Below, piece after piece: positions 60,951 to 64,000 of a DNA stretch of 64,000 nt; position 1 is the first letter of the stretch, and every line of letters starts with the position of its first letter. The translations under genes were made by a program, and so were the position numbers. Under the pieces are notes generated by a model. It saw nothing but the letters and a program-made list of their open reading frames with translations, was not told the DNA's origin and ran no database searches. The stretch is taken from the NCBI RefSeq assembly GCF_001194135.2, contig NC_068983.1:108306358-108370357 (forward strand). Reading direction: 5' to 3'. The DNA is from Octopus bimaculoides. Taxonomy: Eukaryota.

Positions 60951-62176
60951 CTGCTCATTGTGTGCCATTATTATATTTTGATAATCTTTATTTTTTGTTA
61001 GAAAGGTGACACATCTATTTCCTTATTCTCACTCATTTTGTGCTTTATAAAGTATTTATAAATCATTTTTTGCTATTTTTGTTTAGAGATGGATAAGTTT
61101 GAAATTCGTACAGTTTTGAAATATGAGTTCTTTCTTGGAAATACGGCATCACTGACAGTTCAGAATATTAATGGAGTATTTCATTCTAATGTTATTACAC
61201 AGCAGACAGTATCAAATTGGTTTGCAAAATTTCGTTCTCATAACTTTGACCTAACAAATGAGCAATGCGGTCAGCCAGAAACAAAGGTGGATAATGATGA
61301 ACTGAAAGCCACCGTCAAGTAGATCTATCTCAAAGTGCCTGTGAATTATTGTTGTTGTTTGGTGTTAGCAAGCAAGCAATATTGACTTACCTAGATCAAA
61401 TTGGTAAAGTGAAAAAGTTGGATAAGTAGGTTCCACATGAACTCAATGAAAATCAGAAACAGCAGCATTTGGAAGCCTGCATTATACTACTTTCTCATCA
61501 CAAAAACGAATCATTTTAGAACAGAATTGTAACGTGATGAGAAATGGATCCAATACAACAACCAGAAACTTTCAGCACAATGGTTGAACAAAGACAAGCA
61601 ACAAAACAGTCCAAAAAGCAAAATTCATCAAAAGAAGCTGATGGTGTGCATTTGGTGGTCTGGCACAGGTGTGATCTATTATGATTTGATTAAACTTGGC
61701 TCATCAATCACAGCCAAAGTATACTGAAGCCAACTGGACCAAATGATGCATAAACTTACAAAAAACAGCCTAGATTAGTCAACAGATCTACTCCTATTTT
61801 ATTGCAAGACAACACCAGACCACACATCACAAAAATGACATTGGCAAAACTACAGGAGTTGGAGTTGGAAGTTCTCCATCATCCACCATACTCATGTGAT
61901 CTTGCCCCCACTGACTACCACTTCTTCCAGAAGTTGGATAACTTTTTGATATGAAAAAATTTAATTCTGAAGATGCTATAAAACAGGCCTTCCAAGATTT
62001 TATAGACACTAGATTGCCAGACTTTTACAGTTCCAGGCTGGACAAGCTACTGCTGAAATGGCAAATGTGTGTTGACAGTATGGGTGCATACTTTGATGAA
62101 TAAAACTATTCCTTGTATTTATAAAACATTAGCAAACTTTTTTTCTTTTCTACAAATTTCATATTTGACAACCTAA
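60951..62176 (+). mobile_element. Mariner transposon, left TIR missing, transposase pseudogene
   Basis: MDKFEIRTVLKYEF.., *VPHELNENQK, RIVT*DEKWI, LLQDNTRPH, YSCDLAPTDYHFF, GAYFDE* (TAA ~62101); right TIR rc ttaggttgtcaaatatg plus TA. Confidence 0.92.
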
Positions 62177-62629
62177 TATAAAACTGGCTACCAAACTGAA
62201 ATAAATACCGGGGTCAATATGATCAACTAAAGCCACTGATGGTAGTGCCCTCAACATGGCTGCATTGCAATGACTACAACCAGTAAAAAAAAATAAACAG
62301 TATATAGACATATGTCACATGGACATTTTCACTTTGATTGCTTATCAAAAAGAATTATCCTTCATGTTTTCTCCTCTCTTTCCATTCTAGACCCTAGTCA
62401 GATATTACAATGTTCAAAACGTCCCCACTAACATTAACTCATTCTGTTCTTTTTTTCTGAGCTCCAAACAAATAAATTGATTGGGAAATTATCTCATCTT
62501 GCTTTTTGACACTTTTTTCTCTTTTTATCATTCTTGATGTGTCTGTGAGTGTGTGTGTGTGAGTGTGTGAGTGTGTGTGTGTGTGTTTGTGTATGTAATG
62601 TAATCGCTTATCAACTGTAATCACTTCAA

Positions 62630-62710
62630 GAATGACTCAAGGTCTTAGAGTTTCATGGCAAGACTCTTGACAAGTGGTTTGGCATAAAACTCTTGACTCT
62701 TCAGTCACTC
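62630..62710. other. Imperfect ~33-bp-stem hairpin (pre-miRNA-like or tiny MITE)
   Basis: gaatgactcaaggtcttagagtttcatggcaa pairs with ttggcataaaactcttgactcttcagtcactc; ~15-nt loop. Confidence 0.45.
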
Positions 62711-64000
62711 CTGTAGCAATTTCAAAATTACACACACACATGCACACACATTGAACTCACATTCTCTCTTTTCTAAAACCAAATTCACCTACACACACAC
62801 ATACATACACACACACACATATGTTGCATGCATGTGCACGCACATGCACACACTAATAAGGATACAAGCAAATGCAAAATGCATGTTGAGGAGATGAAAT
62901 ATATGTATTAAAAGCTTAGGACAGATCCACATTATTCAAAGTTGCACAGACACATTAAATCATGTTTGATCATTCAAACACTATGTTTCTAAAATCTTAA
63001 AACTAGAACATATGAAATGCTCAGATATGCGTTCATGTTTGTGAAATTTTGACTAAGGTGCACTGAATATATACTGAATACTGAAACACATGTAATGGAT
63101 GAAGTAAAGGAGTACCATGTTCAAGTCCATGTTCCTTTGTCTTTCATCATTGATGTGCTCTTATATTATATTATAGTCCATATTAGACTGCACAGGATCC
63201 CATGTGAATATGCAAGAGGGAGTTTAATGGGATTAAAATAATAGACAAAAACCTGAATGGATTGTCATTTGCTGAGTGCATTCAATCACACACACGCATA
63301 TGAGAATTCTTTTTTACAAACAGAAGATGCTTAACTTAATCATACTGAGTGCTCAGCAGTCAGCTGGTACCTGAGAGGTACAGGGTTTGATTCTCTGTAG
63401 CCACCTTCTAGCAACTTTTTTCTGACTTCTTGGGGGATTTACCCAGTTTTCTAGGCTGTTTTCACAGCAATCCTGCATTCAAAATTTACTTAATTTTCTG
63501 TAAAACACACACATATAACACACACACACACACGTGCATGTGCACACATGTGTGTGTGAACATTCTTTTAACCTTACTTATATTTTGAGAGCTAAGGAAA
63601 ACAGAGGGTTGTATTTTACCTATGTATATGGATATGAGTATGGAAACCAAACCTTAATGTGCTCACATGAGTACATATAAGAAATACCAAATATGTAATT
63701 ATCTAAAACATGACTAATTACAACTTAATTGCCCCTCTAGTATGTAGCTTCCAAGCACTAGCATTAATCATCTTTAAATTTCATTATATTTAGAAAAGTG
63801 TACACTGTATAGACTTGTTTATAAATTGCTATGTACTTCTAGCTTTCAAGGCTCATAATATAATTCCTTAATGCTAGTCATAAAGTTATTTTCCTTTTAT
63901 TCTCACCAAATTGGTTGTCTTACAATTATTATTTTACGTTTTCATTATTTTATATCTTAGCATTAATGATCACAAATTCTTATGCACAAATAAATTTCTT

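Overview
AT-rich, gap-containing (N runs) eukaryotic DNA packed with (AT)n/(CA)n/(ATGT)n/(GAT)n microsatellites and interspersed repeats. The repeat complement looks like a coleoid cephalopod, most likely an Octopus draft scaffold (inference from repeat types, not a database match). No long intact host CDS is present; nearly all tracked ORFs are microsatellite or N-gap artefacts. Supported elements: two mariner transposons plus Tc1/mariner fragments; RTE-clade LINE pieces (EN region, RT 3' half, many (GAT)n-tailed 3' ends); two different restriction-like-endonuclease non-LTR fragments (HERO-like and R4/Dong-like); a Penelope-like remnant; three tRNA-derived SINE families; several MITEs (piggyBac-like nested pair, a TTAGGG-containing MITE, a ~330-bp foldback); and Helitron/Helentron-like non-autonomous elements. 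The most interesting non-routine signals are: a minimal hammerhead-ribozyme motif at 9484-9550; a mariner inactivated by a microhomology-flanked templated copy of nearby upstream DNA, later hit by a HERO-like element; a possible two-exon minus-strand gene for a 57-aa peptide with 10 Cys and four CxxC motifs; several small plus-strand exon/microexon candidates; and a pre-miRNA-like hairpin. All host-gene calls are low confidence.
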